From Spirochaetota bacterium (GTDB lineage: Bacteria > Spirochaetota > UBA4802 > UBA5550): 64,000 nucleotides of DNA. Positions 20,130 to 30,995 of the stretch are shown one piece after another (the stretch's first letter is position 1; the number at the start of each line of letters is the position of its first letter). Location of the stretch: the NCBI GenBank assembly GCA_963664815.2, contig CAXXHB010000003.1:4096001-4160000 (forward strand). Reading direction: 5' to 3'. The notes below the pieces were generated by a model. It was not told the origin of the DNA and made no database searches. It was given only the letters and a program-made list of their open reading frames with translations. The translations under genes and the position numbers were made by a program.

Positions 20130-20486
20130 TACGCAAAAACTCCTATGCTCTTAATTTCGGCTATATTTTAACTTTGCATTAACAAAAAATTATGTCTCAT
20201 TATGTTTAATAAATCTTTTTTACATTTTATTTTTTTTATTGTAAAAACAGAGGTTTAAACATAATGCTTTTTTCTTAGCGATAAATATTAGTAAAAATCC
20301 GGTTTATAGATTTTTTTAAACTGGAAAATAAAATAAAAAATACTTATAATAATTAGTGTTGATATCCTACCTGTTTTTGTTTGAAGCAATCAGGTCTCCC
20401 CGCCACATCAGGCAGGAGCAGAACAAAAATACCGGTTAAAAGGTTTATGTTTAATTTTTAAAATATTTTAATGAACAGGCGGGTCT

Positions 20487-22406
20487 ATGATTAAAAAAGA
20501 AATTCTTGGGCGCTGGACAGTTGAAAAATCCGAGGAGCTTTACGGGATAAAAAACTGGGGGGCCGGTTATTTTGATATATCATCCTCGGGAGAAGTAACA
20601 ATCAATCCATTCGGTAAAAAATCTGATATCAGCATAAGCCTTATGGAGATAATCTCCGGTGTAAGACAACGCGGTTTTGAGATGCCGGTGCTTTTAAGAT
20701 TTGAAAACCTGCTTGATGCGCAGATATCTCACCTGAATGAATCGTTTAAAAAAGCAATGAAAGAATCGAACTATCAGGGCGAATACCGTGGAGTTTATCC
20801 TATTAAAGTAAACCAGCAGCAGCAGGTTATCGAAGAAGTAGCAAAATATGGAGAGAGATACCATCATGGACTTGAAGTAGGAAGTAAAGCCGAGCTTATC
20901 GGGGCTCTTTCAATTATGCGGGATAAAGAGGCATGCCTTATCTGTAACGGATATAAAGACGAAGAATTTATTGATCTTGGTCTATACGCTGTCAAAATGG
21001 GATTCAAATGTTTCTTTGTAATTGAAATTCCCGGGGAACTTGAACTTATAATACAGCGTTCTGAAATTCTTCAGGTGAAACCTCTTATCGGGATGAGGAT
21101 TAAGCTCTCTTCTAAAGCAGGGGGTCACTGGACCGAGTCGGGTGGAGACAGGAGCATTTTCGGCCTCAATACAACCCAGCTTATTGAAGCGGTTGATCAG
21201 CTTAAGAAGAGGAATATGCTTGATTGCCTGAAGCTACTCCATTACCATCTTGGTTCACAAATTCCAAACATAAGGGACATTCGTTCAGCTGTTGTTGAAG
21301 GAGCAAGAATCTACGCCGGACTTGTTAAAGAAGGTGCACAGATGGGTTATCTCGATCTTGGCGGCGGCCTTGCCGTTGACTACGATGGATCTAATACAAA
21401 TTTTTCAAACAGCAGAAATTATTCCATAGATGAATACTGCGTAGACGTAATTGAAATTGTTCAGTCGACTATGGATGAAGAGAATACACCACATCCTACT
21501 ATTATAACAGAATCTGGAAGAACAACAGTAGCCTACTACTCTGTCCTGGTTTTTAATGTACTTGATGTCGCCAAATTTGAAATTGTTAACATCCCTGAAA
21601 CTCCTCCTGAAAACTCTCACGACCTTATAAAAAGTTTATACTACATTCTTAATACTATGAATCTTAAAAACATTCAGGAGTGCTACAACGATGCACTTTA
21701 CTACAGGGATGAAGTACGGGAGCTTTTCAAACATGGAAAAATTTCTCTCAGGGAGCGTTCATTTGCTGAAACTGTCTTCTGGAATATCATAAGCGTCATC
21801 GTTCAGGAAAAGAAAAAAATGAAGCAGTCACCTGTTGATCTCAGTGAGATCGAATCGGCAATCGCTGACATCTATTACTGTAACTTTTCTGTTTTCCAGT
21901 CGGTCCCCGATCACTGGGCTATTAACCAGTTGTTTCCCATTATGCCGGTTCACAGGCTCACTGAAATGCCTTCGAGAAATGCAGTTATTGCGGATATAAC
22001 CTGCGACTGTGACGGCAAAATTGACAGTTTTATAGATTTGCACGATGTAAAACATTTTCTGCCACTGCATGATCTGTCAGGAGAAAATGACTATTATCTT
22101 GGAATTTTTCTTGTGGGTGCCTACCAGGAGACGCTTGGTGACCTGCACAACCTTTTCGGCGATACAAATGTTGCGAGCTTAAGAATTTATCCGAGCGGCG
22201 AGTACGATTTTGTCCGTGAGATTGAAGGTGACACTGTTGCGGATGTACTTTCTTACGTTGAATTTAATACAAAACAGATGCTTCTTGATTTCCGGGAAAT
22301 GGCTGAACAGGCTATTCGCGAAGGACGCATAACAGTCAATGAAAGACGCGAAATAATGAAGGCTTATGATAACGGCCTCAGAGGTTATACATATTTTGAA
22401 AAATGA
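20487..22406 (+). CDS. speA: Biosynthetic arginine decarboxylase
   Basis: VYPIKVNQ (PLP Lys), GLEVGSKAEL, HYHLGSQI, DLGGGL, ITCDCDG, GAYQETLGDLHNLFG. Confidence 0.96.
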   Translation: MIKKEILGRWTVEKSEELYGIKNWGAGYFDISSSGEVTINPFGKKSDISISLMEIISGVRQRGFEMPVLLRFENLLDAQISHLNESFKKAMKESNYQGEYRGVYPIKVNQQQQVIEEVAKYGERYHHGLEVGSKAELIGALSIMRDKEACLICNGYKDEEFIDLGLYAVKMGFKCFFVIEIPGELELIIQRSEILQVKPLIGMRIKLSSKAGGHWTESGGDRSIFGLNTTQLIEAVDQLKKRNMLDCLKLLHYHLGSQIPNIRDIRSAVVEGARIYAGLVKEGAQMGYLDLGGGLAVDYDGSNTNFSNSRNYSIDEYCVDVIEIVQSTMDEENTPHPTIITESGRTTVAYYSVLVFNVLDVAKFEIVNIPETPPENSHDLIKSLYYILNTMNLKNIQECYNDALYYRDEVRELFKHGKISLRERSFAETVFWNIISVIVQEKKKMKQSPVDLSEIESAIADIYYCNFSVFQSVPDHWAINQLFPIMPVHRLTEMPSRNAVIADITCDCDGKIDSFIDLHDVKHFLPLHDLSGENDYYLGIFLVGAYQETLGDLHNLFGDTNVASLRIYPSGEYDFVREIEGDTVADVLSYVEFNTKQMLLDFREMAEQAIREGRITVNERREIMKAYDNGLRGYTYFEK

Positions 22407-22418
22407 GGAGGTCTCAGC

Positions 22419-23597
22419 ATGGGTAAAGTTCTGATTATAGGTGCAGGTGGAGTCGGGCAGGTTGTGGCTCATAAATGCTCACAAATAGCTGCTGTTTTCA
22501 ACGAAATATGCCTTGCAAGCAGAACCCTCTCTAAATGCGAACATATTGCTTCACAGATAAAACGACCTATACGTACAGAACGTGTTGATGCTGACAATGT
22601 CAGGGAAATGGTGAACCTCATCAGAGATTTTAAACCTGATGTAGTAATAAATGTCGCTCTCCCTTATCAGGACCTGACAATTATGGAGGCATGTCTTCAA
22701 ACAAAAGTTCACTATGTTGATACTGCAAACTATGAGCCGCGCGATGAGGCCAGGTTCTGTTATAGATGGCAGTGGGAATACCAGGAACGATTTAAAGATG
22801 CCGGAATTATGGCACTTCTAGGTTCCGGTTTTGATCCGGGCGTTACAAATGTATTTACAGCGTATGCACTTAAACATCATTTCGACGAAATACATGAACT
22901 TGATATTATTGACGTTAACGGCGGAAATCACGGGCTTAAATTTGCCACTAACTTTAATCCTGAAATCAACATCCGTGAGATTACAGCTTTATGCAGACAC
23001 TGGGAAGACGGAAAATTTGTTGAAACACCGCCAATGTCCGTAAATAAAACATTCGATTGTCCTGAAAATGTGGGAACATATAACATCTATCGTCTCTATC
23101 ACGAAGAACTTGAATCGCTAGTTAAGCATATTCCGACAATTAAAAAAGCCCAGTTCTGGATGAGTTTTTCTGAAAATTATTTAAAACACCTTGAAGTTCT
23201 TCAAAATGTGGGAATGACCTCTATTGAACCGGTAAATTTTAATGGTATGAATATTATCCCTCTTGAGTTTTTGAAGGTACTTCTTCCGGATCCTGCATCC
23301 CTCGGTCCTCTGACGAAAGGAAAAACCTGTATCGGATGTGTATGCAGAGGATTAAAGGATGGGAAACCAAAAGAATATTACGTTTATAATATATGTGATC
23401 ACGAGGAGTGTTACCGCGAGGTTAAATCTCAGGCAATTTCATATACTACAGGAGTGCCTGCAATGATTGGAGCGATGATGATTCTTAATGGTTTGTGGAA
23501 GGGGGAAGGTGTCTTCAACATGGAGCAGATGAATCCTGACCCGTTTATGGATGCGCTCAATGTCCATGGACTTCCATGGAAGGAGATTTTCCTGTAA
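22419..23597 (+). CDS. Carboxy(nor)spermidine dehydrogenase (saccharopine dehydrogenase family)
   Basis: GAGGVG, NVALPYQD, DTANYE, GFDPG, ATNFNPEINIRE, HEELESL; lies directly upstream of nspC. Confidence 0.92.
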   Translation: MGKVLIIGAGGVGQVVAHKCSQIAAVFNEICLASRTLSKCEHIASQIKRPIRTERVDADNVREMVNLIRDFKPDVVINVALPYQDLTIMEACLQTKVHYVDTANYEPRDEARFCYRWQWEYQERFKDAGIMALLGSGFDPGVTNVFTAYALKHHFDEIHELDIIDVNGGNHGLKFATNFNPEINIREITALCRHWEDGKFVETPPMSVNKTFDCPENVGTYNIYRLYHEELESLVKHIPTIKKAQFWMSFSENYLKHLEVLQNVGMTSIEPVNFNGMNIIPLEFLKVLLPDPASLGPLTKGKTCIGCVCRGLKDGKPKEYYVYNICDHEECYREVKSQAISYTTGVPAMIGAMMILNGLWKGEGVFNMEQMNPDPFMDALNVHGLPWKEIFL

Positions 23598-23656
23598 AAG
23601 AATATTCCAGGTTTCAGATAAATGCAATTACTCCTATACTATAAAGGGCATATTCC

Positions 23657-24793
23657 ATGACAGACTTCTCTGTTTTTCAAACTCCATGTTTTGCAGTAGA
23701 TGAGGTTCTTCTGAAAAAGAACCTCGAAATACTGTCACGCATACAAAAACTGACCGGTGCGAAAATACTGCTTGCGCTGAAGGGTTTTGCCATGTTTTCT
23801 GCCGCTCCCCTTGTCAGTCAGCATCTCGCAGGAACATGCGCGAGTTCCCCCCATGAAGCAAAACTCGGCCGTGAAGAGTTTGGCGGCGAGGTTCACTCGT
23901 TCGCAGCCGCTTATAGTGACAGCGACTTTGATGAGCTTCTGGAATTCTCCGACCATATTGTACTCAACTCCATAAGCCAGTATGATCATTTTAAAAATAA
24001 AATTGAACGTACCCATAAACAGATAAAGTTCGGTCTGCGTATCAACCCCGAACACAGTGAGACTGAGATCGAGTTATACGATCCATGCTCACCTTTCTCG
24101 CGGCTTGGCATAACAAGGAAAAATTTTCCTGACATACTGCCGCAATATATAAGCGGACTTCATTTTCATAATTTATGTGAAAAAAATTCTGATTCTCTTG
24201 AACGAACTATCATTGCAGCAGAATCTAAATTCGGAGAATTTTTTCATCAGTGCCACTGGATCAACTTCGGAGGAGGACACCACATTACGAGAGAAGATTA
24301 TGATACGGGACTTCTCTCTGACCTTATCATATATTTTAAGGATAAATACCATGTCAATATTTATCTTGAACCCGGGGAGGCTGTCGCACTTAACACAGGG
24401 TTTCTAGTCTCAACCGTTCTTGATGTAATTACAAATGTAAAAAATATAGCTATTCTCGATACATCTGCGGCTGCACATATGCCGGACGTTATCGAAATGC
24501 CGTACAGGCCTTCCATCATCGGCTCGGCTGAACCCGGAGTTCTTCCATACACATACAGACTCGGCGGTCTTTCATGCCTCGCCGGAGACATTATCGGCGA
24601 TTTCTCATTCAGCAAACCTCTTGTCCCGGGGGACAGACTTGTGTTCACAGACATGGCCCACTACTCCATGGTAAAAACAAATACATTCAACGGATTAAAA
24701 CTTCCGGATATCTATTATTTCAATTCTGACACCGGCATAATTCTTCACAGGAAAAGTTTCGGTTACAGTGATTTTAAAGGGAGACTTTCATGA
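23657..24793 (+). CDS. nspC: Carboxynorspermidine decarboxylase
   Basis: LLALKGF, LYDPC, SRLG, GLHFHNLCE, NFGGGHH, HMPDVIEMPY, CLAGD, HYSMVKTNTFNG. Confidence 0.94.
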   Translation: MTDFSVFQTPCFAVDEVLLKKNLEILSRIQKLTGAKILLALKGFAMFSAAPLVSQHLAGTCASSPHEAKLGREEFGGEVHSFAAAYSDSDFDELLEFSDHIVLNSISQYDHFKNKIERTHKQIKFGLRINPEHSETEIELYDPCSPFSRLGITRKNFPDILPQYISGLHFHNLCEKNSDSLERTIIAAESKFGEFFHQCHWINFGGGHHITREDYDTGLLSDLIIYFKDKYHVNIYLEPGEAVALNTGFLVSTVLDVITNVKNIAILDTSAAAHMPDVIEMPYRPSIIGSAEPGVLPYTYRLGGLSCLAGDIIGDFSFSKPLVPGDRLVFTDMAHYSMVKTNTFNGLKLPDIYYFNSDTGIILHRKSFGYSDFKGRLS

Positions 24794-25656
24794 CAGGAAA
24801 TATTTTTTTTCTCGAAAGCGAAGGGGGGCGCCCCGATAAGGATAAATCATTTTTTCATGTATTACCCGTTCCGTATGAGAAAACCGTATCGTACGGGAAA
24901 GGCACAGCCGGCGGACCTGCCGCAATAATTGCAGCTTCGCAGCAACTTGAAGCCTTTGATGGAATCTCTCTCCCTTCAGAAAATGGAATTTATACACACA
25001 AAGCGATTGACTGCAGCGGTGCCGATATTCATGTCTTACATGACATAGAAAAGAAGACCACATCTATACTGTCCATGGGAAAGATTCCAGTTATCCTTGG
25101 GGGTGAACATACTGTAAGTTATGGCCCCATTATTGCCGCGAAGAAACACTTTAACACAATCGGAGTAATACACTTCGACGCGCACGCTGACCTCAGAAAC
25201 AAATTCGAAGAATCTGACTTTTCTCACGCCTGTGTTATGCGCAGAGTTCATGAAAAAGGAATTCCAATTGTGCAGATAGGGGTAAGAAGCTTTTCCCTGG
25301 AGGAGCAGAAATACAGAGATGAAAACAGCGACATTATCTGTTATAACGCTTCCTGCATATACAGAAAAAACAGTTTCACTATCGATTTCCCTGCGAATTT
25401 CCCTGACGACATCTACATTTCGGTTGATGTTGATGGACTGGATCCATCTGTTATTCCACATACCGGGACACCTGTCCCGGGAGGATTATACTGGTATGAT
25501 TTTTTCAGATTTATAGAATCAATACCGGCTTCAAAAAGAATAATCGGCTTTGATGTTGTAGAACTTGCTCCTGCTGAAGGTTCAGTTGTTTCTGATTTTG
25601 CAGCGGCACAGCTTACTTATAATATTATGGGAATAATAAGCAGACGGATAAAATAG
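24790..25656 (+). CDS. speB: Agmatinase
   Basis: GGEH, DAHADL, SHACVM, DVDGLD, GTPVPGG, FDVVE ureohydrolase motifs; ATGA overlap with nspC. Confidence 0.92.
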   Translation: MTGNIFFLESEGGRPDKDKSFFHVLPVPYEKTVSYGKGTAGGPAAIIAASQQLEAFDGISLPSENGIYTHKAIDCSGADIHVLHDIEKKTTSILSMGKIPVILGGEHTVSYGPIIAAKKHFNTIGVIHFDAHADLRNKFEESDFSHACVMRRVHEKGIPIVQIGVRSFSLEEQKYRDENSDIICYNASCIYRKNSFTIDFPANFPDDIYISVDVDGLDPSVIPHTGTPVPGGLYWYDFFRFIESIPASKRIIGFDVVELAPAEGSVVSDFAAAQLTYNIMGIISRRIK

Positions 25657-26109
25657 TTATTTTTCAGGGATTTTTTTCTTTATATATAATATTTTTTTCA
25701 CTGTTGCTATAACATTTCCATTATCATCTACCACATCAATCACAAACTGAGGATTAATTGATTCCCCGCTTTCGGCCAGTTTTCTTATTTCATCATAACG
25801 TTCTTCTGTAATATGATACCGGGCATGAACTCTGCTCTTTCCCGGTTTTTTAAATATAATAGATGCCTCTTTATCCCAGACTATATACTCCCTGCCGAGA
25901 TTTTCCATCAGCAGGAAGAAAAAAAACGGATCACACATTGCATAAAGAGATCCTCCGAAATGTGTTTTTACATAGTTTCTGTTCCAGAAAGTAAGCTTCA
26001 TGCTTACATCCACAGTTTTAACATCTTTTGAAATTTTAACTTTTATACCTGCTCCGAGAAATGGAGGATAAAAGCTGAACATCTTAAAAAATATTTTTTT
26101 GAAAATCAT
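25657..26109 (-). CDS. Hot-dog fold thioesterase-like protein (DUF4442/YiiD-C type)
   Basis: YPPFLGAGI, NRNYVKTHFGGSLYAMCDP, VWDKEA motifs. Confidence 0.82.
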   Translation of the reverse strand: MIFKKIFFKMFSFYPPFLGAGIKVKISKDVKTVDVSMKLTFWNRNYVKTHFGGSLYAMCDPFFFFLLMENLGREYIVWDKEASIIFKKPGKSRVHARYHITEERYDEIRKLAESGESINPQFVIDVVDDNGNVIATVKKILYIKKKIPEK

Positions 26110-26240
26110 CTACCACCTCTTTGTAATGAAAAATATTTTATAATTTCATTAAAAAACCATAAATTCATGACGTTTTAACTGAATTTAAAATTTTCAACCA
26201 ATATTTTAAAGATGAAATACTTTAAATTAATCCTGAAATA

Positions 26241-26274
26241 AAAAGAGCCGCATTATTTTTCTGCAGCTCTTTTT
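26241..26274 (-). terminator. Probable terminator after the acyl-CoA ligase pair
   Basis: AAAAGAGCCGCA...TGCAGCTCTTTT inverted repeat about 40 nt past the stop. Confidence 0.6.
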
Positions 26275-26315
26275 ATCCATTCTTTCAGTACTTGTTGAAT
26301 TCGATGCTTGACTTT

Positions 26316-28019
26316 TTATTTCTGCTTTTTCTTAGCTGTTTTTTCCGCTTCTTCAGCTTTAAGTATTTTGCGCATGATCTTGCCGGTAGCACTTTTAGGA
26401 AGAACATCGCAGAATTCAACAACCTCCGGATGCTTATATGTTGAGAGTTCTTTTTTAGACCAGTCAATAATCTCCGCTTCAGTTACTTTCCCTTTGAAGT
26501 CAGGTTTAAGAACAATAAACGCCTTTACCTTTTCACCCTTGTAGTCATCGGGAATTCCTATTACGCAGCATTCAGAAATTGATGGGTGGTGATAGAGATA
26601 CTCCTCCACCTCTGCCGGATATACGCTGAATCCGGACACTTTAATCATCTCCTTTGTCCTTCCACAAAGCCAGAGGAAACCGTCTTCATCCATCTTAACT
26701 ATATCACCTGTCTTAAGCCACATAAAGTCGCTGTCAGGTTCTTTGAAGAAAGTCTTAGCCGTCTCTTCCGGGCTGTTCCAGTAACCTACAGCAACAGACG
26801 GGCCTCTCTGCCATAACTCGCCATCTTCTCCTATTGCCGCCTCTTTTGTTTCGTCAGTGAGATTTGTTATCCTGATATCAACAAGCGGACATGGGACTCC
26901 GATCGATCCAACCCTTGAATAACCGCTGGAGTTACAGATATTGTAAGCCATCGTTTCACTCATGCCGAAACCGTCCTGCAGTTCTGCGCCAAACAGTTCT
27001 TTGTACCTGTTAAACAGCGCCTGCGGCAAAGGCATTCCCCCTGTACCGAAAAACTTCATGGAAGAGAGATCATAATCGCTGAATTTCGGATGTTGGATAA
27101 ATGCTATATTCATGGTAGTAATACCTGTCCATACAGTACATCGGTATTTTTCAATCGCTTTATAGAGCACCTCAAGTTCAAACCGGACCAGCAGCACTAT
27201 AGTTGCACCACATAAAATCGGCGCATTCATTGAGTTGTTGGAACCATTGACATGAAAAAACGGAAGAACAGAAAGATGCACATCATCAGGCTTTGTAGGC
27301 CTCCCATATGCCGAATTTGTGGCATTGGCAAGTATATTGAAATGCGTAAGCATCGCGGCTTTCGGGTTACCAGTCGTCCCTGAGGTATACTGCAGCAGTG
27401 AGATATCTTTTTTCAAATCGAGTTTAGCAGGATCGGTCAGCGGTGTAGAACCTGCGATATCATTCCATGATATCGTATCAGGGAAAGTCATCCCTTTCAG
27501 ATCCATTATAAAAGTGACTGGAAGCTCAGGCTCAGCAGGAAGATACTCTCCAAGTGAAGTTACAATAACTTTTTCAACAGATGGAACCTGGCTCCTTATA
27601 TTCTGGAAAACAGGAAAGAGGTCATCCTCAACAATAACTACCTTTGGTTTACAATCATTCAGAACAAAACTAAGCTCACCACCTTTGTACAAAGGACTGC
27701 CTGTAATAACTATCGCACCCAGCAATATTCCGGCATAATATGCAGCTACAAACTGCGGACAGTTCTGAAGTGAAAGATAAAGCCGGTCACCTTTTTTAAG
27801 TCCATGTCTCTGCAATCCACCCGCAACACGCCACACCATATCATTCAATTCGCGGTAAGTAATAATTTTCCCGTAGAATATTATTGCAGGTTTATCCGGA
27901 ATCCGCCATGAATGATGATAAAGGTGCCATGCCAGTGAATCATCCCCATAATAAAATCTGTCAGGCCACCAGTGCGGAATATTTTTTTCCCATATTTTTT
28001 TATCCATCGGTTTGATCAT
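26316..28019 (-). CDS. Long-chain fatty acid/acyl-CoA ligase (AMP-binding)
   Basis: YTSGTTGNPK, GFGMSE, TGD, GRTKEMIK, LPKSATGK. Confidence 0.9.
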   Translation of the reverse strand: MIKPMDKKIWEKNIPHWWPDRFYYGDDSLAWHLYHHSWRIPDKPAIIFYGKIITYRELNDMVWRVAGGLQRHGLKKGDRLYLSLQNCPQFVAAYYAGILLGAIVITGSPLYKGGELSFVLNDCKPKVVIVEDDLFPVFQNIRSQVPSVEKVIVTSLGEYLPAEPELPVTFIMDLKGMTFPDTISWNDIAGSTPLTDPAKLDLKKDISLLQYTSGTTGNPKAAMLTHFNILANATNSAYGRPTKPDDVHLSVLPFFHVNGSNNSMNAPILCGATIVLLVRFELEVLYKAIEKYRCTVWTGITTMNIAFIQHPKFSDYDLSSMKFFGTGGMPLPQALFNRYKELFGAELQDGFGMSETMAYNICNSSGYSRVGSIGVPCPLVDIRITNLTDETKEAAIGEDGELWQRGPSVAVGYWNSPEETAKTFFKEPDSDFMWLKTGDIVKMDEDGFLWLCGRTKEMIKVSGFSVYPAEVEEYLYHHPSISECCVIGIPDDYKGEKVKAFIVLKPDFKGKVTEAEIIDWSKKELSTYKHPEVVEFCDVLPKSATGKIMRKILKAEEAEKTAKKKQK

Positions 28020-28042
28020 TTAATAAACCTCCTTCTCTATTT

Positions 28043-29716
28043 TTATTTTTGTCTTTTCTCCTGCTCCTCCTCTTTCAGGAACCTCCTGGCAACTTTGCCA
28101 GTTGGCCCCTTTGGCAGGCTTGTACGAAATTCAATAGTCCTCGGGTATTTATATGGAGCCATCTGGCCTTTAGCCCATTCAACCAACTCTTCCTCCTTTA
28201 CCTTCTCCGCCCAGTCAGGTTTAAGAACCACAAAGGCTTTCACCTCTTCCCCTTTAACATCATGAGGTACCCCTATTATACAGCATTCCATGATAGCCGG
28301 ATGTGCATACATGTACTCCTCCACCTCGGCAGGAAATACGCTGTATGCGGAGGACTTTATCAGTTCTTTTAACCGACCGCATATATAGATGTAACCGTCT
28401 TCATCCATTTTCACTATATCGCCGGTGCGTACCCATCCATCTCCCAGGAATGTGTCCTTTGACTCCTCCGGATTGTTCCAGTAACCGATACCTGAACTGG
28501 GAGTCTTCACCCATAACTCACCCTCTTCGCCAATTTTAACGTCTTTGCTTAAATCATTTATATCCGCAATACGGAGATCAACCTGCGGCACAGGCAGACC
28601 GATACTCCCAAGCCTTACTGCATCACTGGGGTTGAACACGGTAGTCGCAGTAGTTTCGCTCATACCATAACCCTCAAAAAGAATAATCCCCATGTCCTTG
28701 AACTTGTTAAATACTGCCTGCGGCAGCGGGGCTCCTCCCACTCCGAAATTAACAAGGCTGGAAATATTATACTGACTGAACTTAGGATGATTTGCTATAA
28801 CAACTACAATAGGTGTGGCAACTATGCTTAATGTTCCTTTATATCTTTCGACAGCCTGCAGCCAACCCTCGGGATCAAAACGTGTAAGTATCAGCAGAGT
28901 GTTCCCTCCGAAAGCCCAGGCAAGCATATGATCGTTCATACTGGTTACATGAAACAGTGGAAGTACTGCAACAAGAACCGAATCGACCGTATTATACGGC
29001 TGTACATTGTTTATGAAACCCCCATTCAGGAGATTTTTATGAGTAAGCATCGCCCCTTTGGGTTTGCCGGTTGTCCCGGATGTGTACTGCAGCAGTGCCA
29101 CATCATTTATATCAACATCAGCCATCTTTTTAACAGGGGCGCCGGATATGAAATCCTTCCATTCAATAAGCCCTGGAAATTTTACTCCTTTTGACTTCAA
29201 ATCAGCCGGAAACGCAGGATACGGCTCTGAAGGAAGATATTCATCAAGCGATGTAACTATAACATTTTTTACTGCCGGAATTTTATCTTTAATCTCACCA
29301 TATAGAGAAGCGACAGATTCTTCAATAATCATGGTTCCGGACCCGCTGTCATTCAGAGCATACGTTACTTCTCCGGCTTTGTAAGCAGGACTGATTGCCA
29401 TGACAATAGCTCCAACCATGTGTGCAGCAAAGTATGAGATTACAAACTGCGGACAGTTCTGCATAATGAGACAAACCCTGTCACCTTTCTTAACCCCAAG
29501 TCTTTCAAGACCGCCAGCAGTTCTCATAATCTGGCCACGAAGTTCATCCCATGTAATAATTTTCCCATAATAAATGATAGCAGTGCGGCTTCTGTTTCGC
29601 AAAGAGTTATTATACAGTATATGGAAAAGAGGATCTTTCCCGTGTATATAGCCCTCTTTTATCCATGCGTCGGTCCAGCTCTTTTCCCATATTCTTTCCC
29701 ATGCTTTTACTTCCAT
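28043..29716 (-). CDS. Long-chain fatty acid/acyl-CoA ligase (AMP-binding), tandem paralog
   Basis: YTSGTTGKPKG, GYGMSE, RTGD, GRLKELIK, LPKGPTGK; AAGGAG RBS. Confidence 0.9.
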   Translation of the reverse strand: MEVKAWERIWEKSWTDAWIKEGYIHGKDPLFHILYNNSLRNRSRTAIIYYGKIITWDELRGQIMRTAGGLERLGVKKGDRVCLIMQNCPQFVISYFAAHMVGAIVMAISPAYKAGEVTYALNDSGSGTMIIEESVASLYGEIKDKIPAVKNVIVTSLDEYLPSEPYPAFPADLKSKGVKFPGLIEWKDFISGAPVKKMADVDINDVALLQYTSGTTGKPKGAMLTHKNLLNGGFINNVQPYNTVDSVLVAVLPLFHVTSMNDHMLAWAFGGNTLLILTRFDPEGWLQAVERYKGTLSIVATPIVVVIANHPKFSQYNISSLVNFGVGGAPLPQAVFNKFKDMGIILFEGYGMSETTATTVFNPSDAVRLGSIGLPVPQVDLRIADINDLSKDVKIGEEGELWVKTPSSGIGYWNNPEESKDTFLGDGWVRTGDIVKMDEDGYIYICGRLKELIKSSAYSVFPAEVEEYMYAHPAIMECCIIGVPHDVKGEEVKAFVVLKPDWAEKVKEEELVEWAKGQMAPYKYPRTIEFRTSLPKGPTGKVARRFLKEEEQEKRQK

Positions 29717-30995
29717 TTTGTTATCTCCTTAATGAATTTATAAATGCTTATAAACTGTTACTGATAATGACATCCACAGTGCAAAGGCACAGCGGAGATT
29801 AATTTTAACTGTCAATTTATGAGTAGATAAATGGATAAATACTTCTGCTGATGAAAATGCCGCTTACATTATATTGTCTTTAACCATCACCTCCGGGTTT
29901 ATAAAAATTACTGAATGCTTTCTTCGTCTGAGTTAATATGAGATAAAGCGGAAAATGAATACACTTCCATCTCCGGATTCTATTAATACTATTGCAGGAA
30001 AACAAAAAGAGACATTAAATATATCTCTGCACGTTTCAAAGGTCATTTGTAAATTCCGGAAATATACTGTTCTATTCCGGAGATTTTTATCAAATTACAT
30101 AAACAAATTACTGGAATGTGGAATATTCAAATTAATAAATAATTATAACCTCTTAAACGATAAAAAATTTAACAAGTCAAACTATTTTTTTCTAATTAAA
30201 TTCGAAATGTTAATATTTTTTCTGGTGTTATTATGACTTGTCTACATGATATACAATTAATATTTAAAGTTATCATTTATTTTTTATATCATTTTTAAAT
30301 GAAATACTATAGTTTTTTATATATGCCGCTCATTCTGCCACACTATCATGTTATTGTGCTACAACATTTATCAGCCACTGAATGTTGTAAATTTGCTTAC
30401 TTTTAAATATTGATTTTCGTGCATTCGATGTCCGCATATAAGTTCTTGCTGATCCGGCAAAAACGTTCCTTACAGGGATTGAATTCTGCGACGTTCTTCT
30501 AAAAAATTCAACAGTAAAAATCATACATAAAGAATAACTGAAAATATTTTATGGCTATACATTCCGGAATCAGCGAAGAGGAAAAAAGACCATGCAACCG
30601 TATTCAACAGGTTAGACGGCCTTTAAAAAATTCTTGTCTTACAATAATGTATCTCGCCACAGTTGCCCGAATTCCTTAGGAACAAAAATGTATCTATCCC
30701 GGCAGTATCCCGGGCATAAACTGATGACCGGAATTTATCCATCCGGAACTGTTAAGATTGAATTGTTACAATTACATAAATATTTAACATCATCGTAACA
30801 ACAGTATAACATCTGTTGTATTATTATTTCATCAACGTTCCGGAACCCCATCCTGTTGAGCCCGATTGTTACCGGAATATCAATATTTAACATTAATGAA
30901 ATATCAAAGCCAGCATAACGGCTGAAATGAACTTGCCGATAAAGATTACTGATAATTAAATCACTCAAAGTATTTAATACAAAAAGGAATAACAA

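Noticed and set aside
29955-30236. 93-aa ORF (also 30735-30995) in the large intergenic region
   Set aside because: No RBS or recognisable motifs; composition is that of AT-rich non-coding DNA
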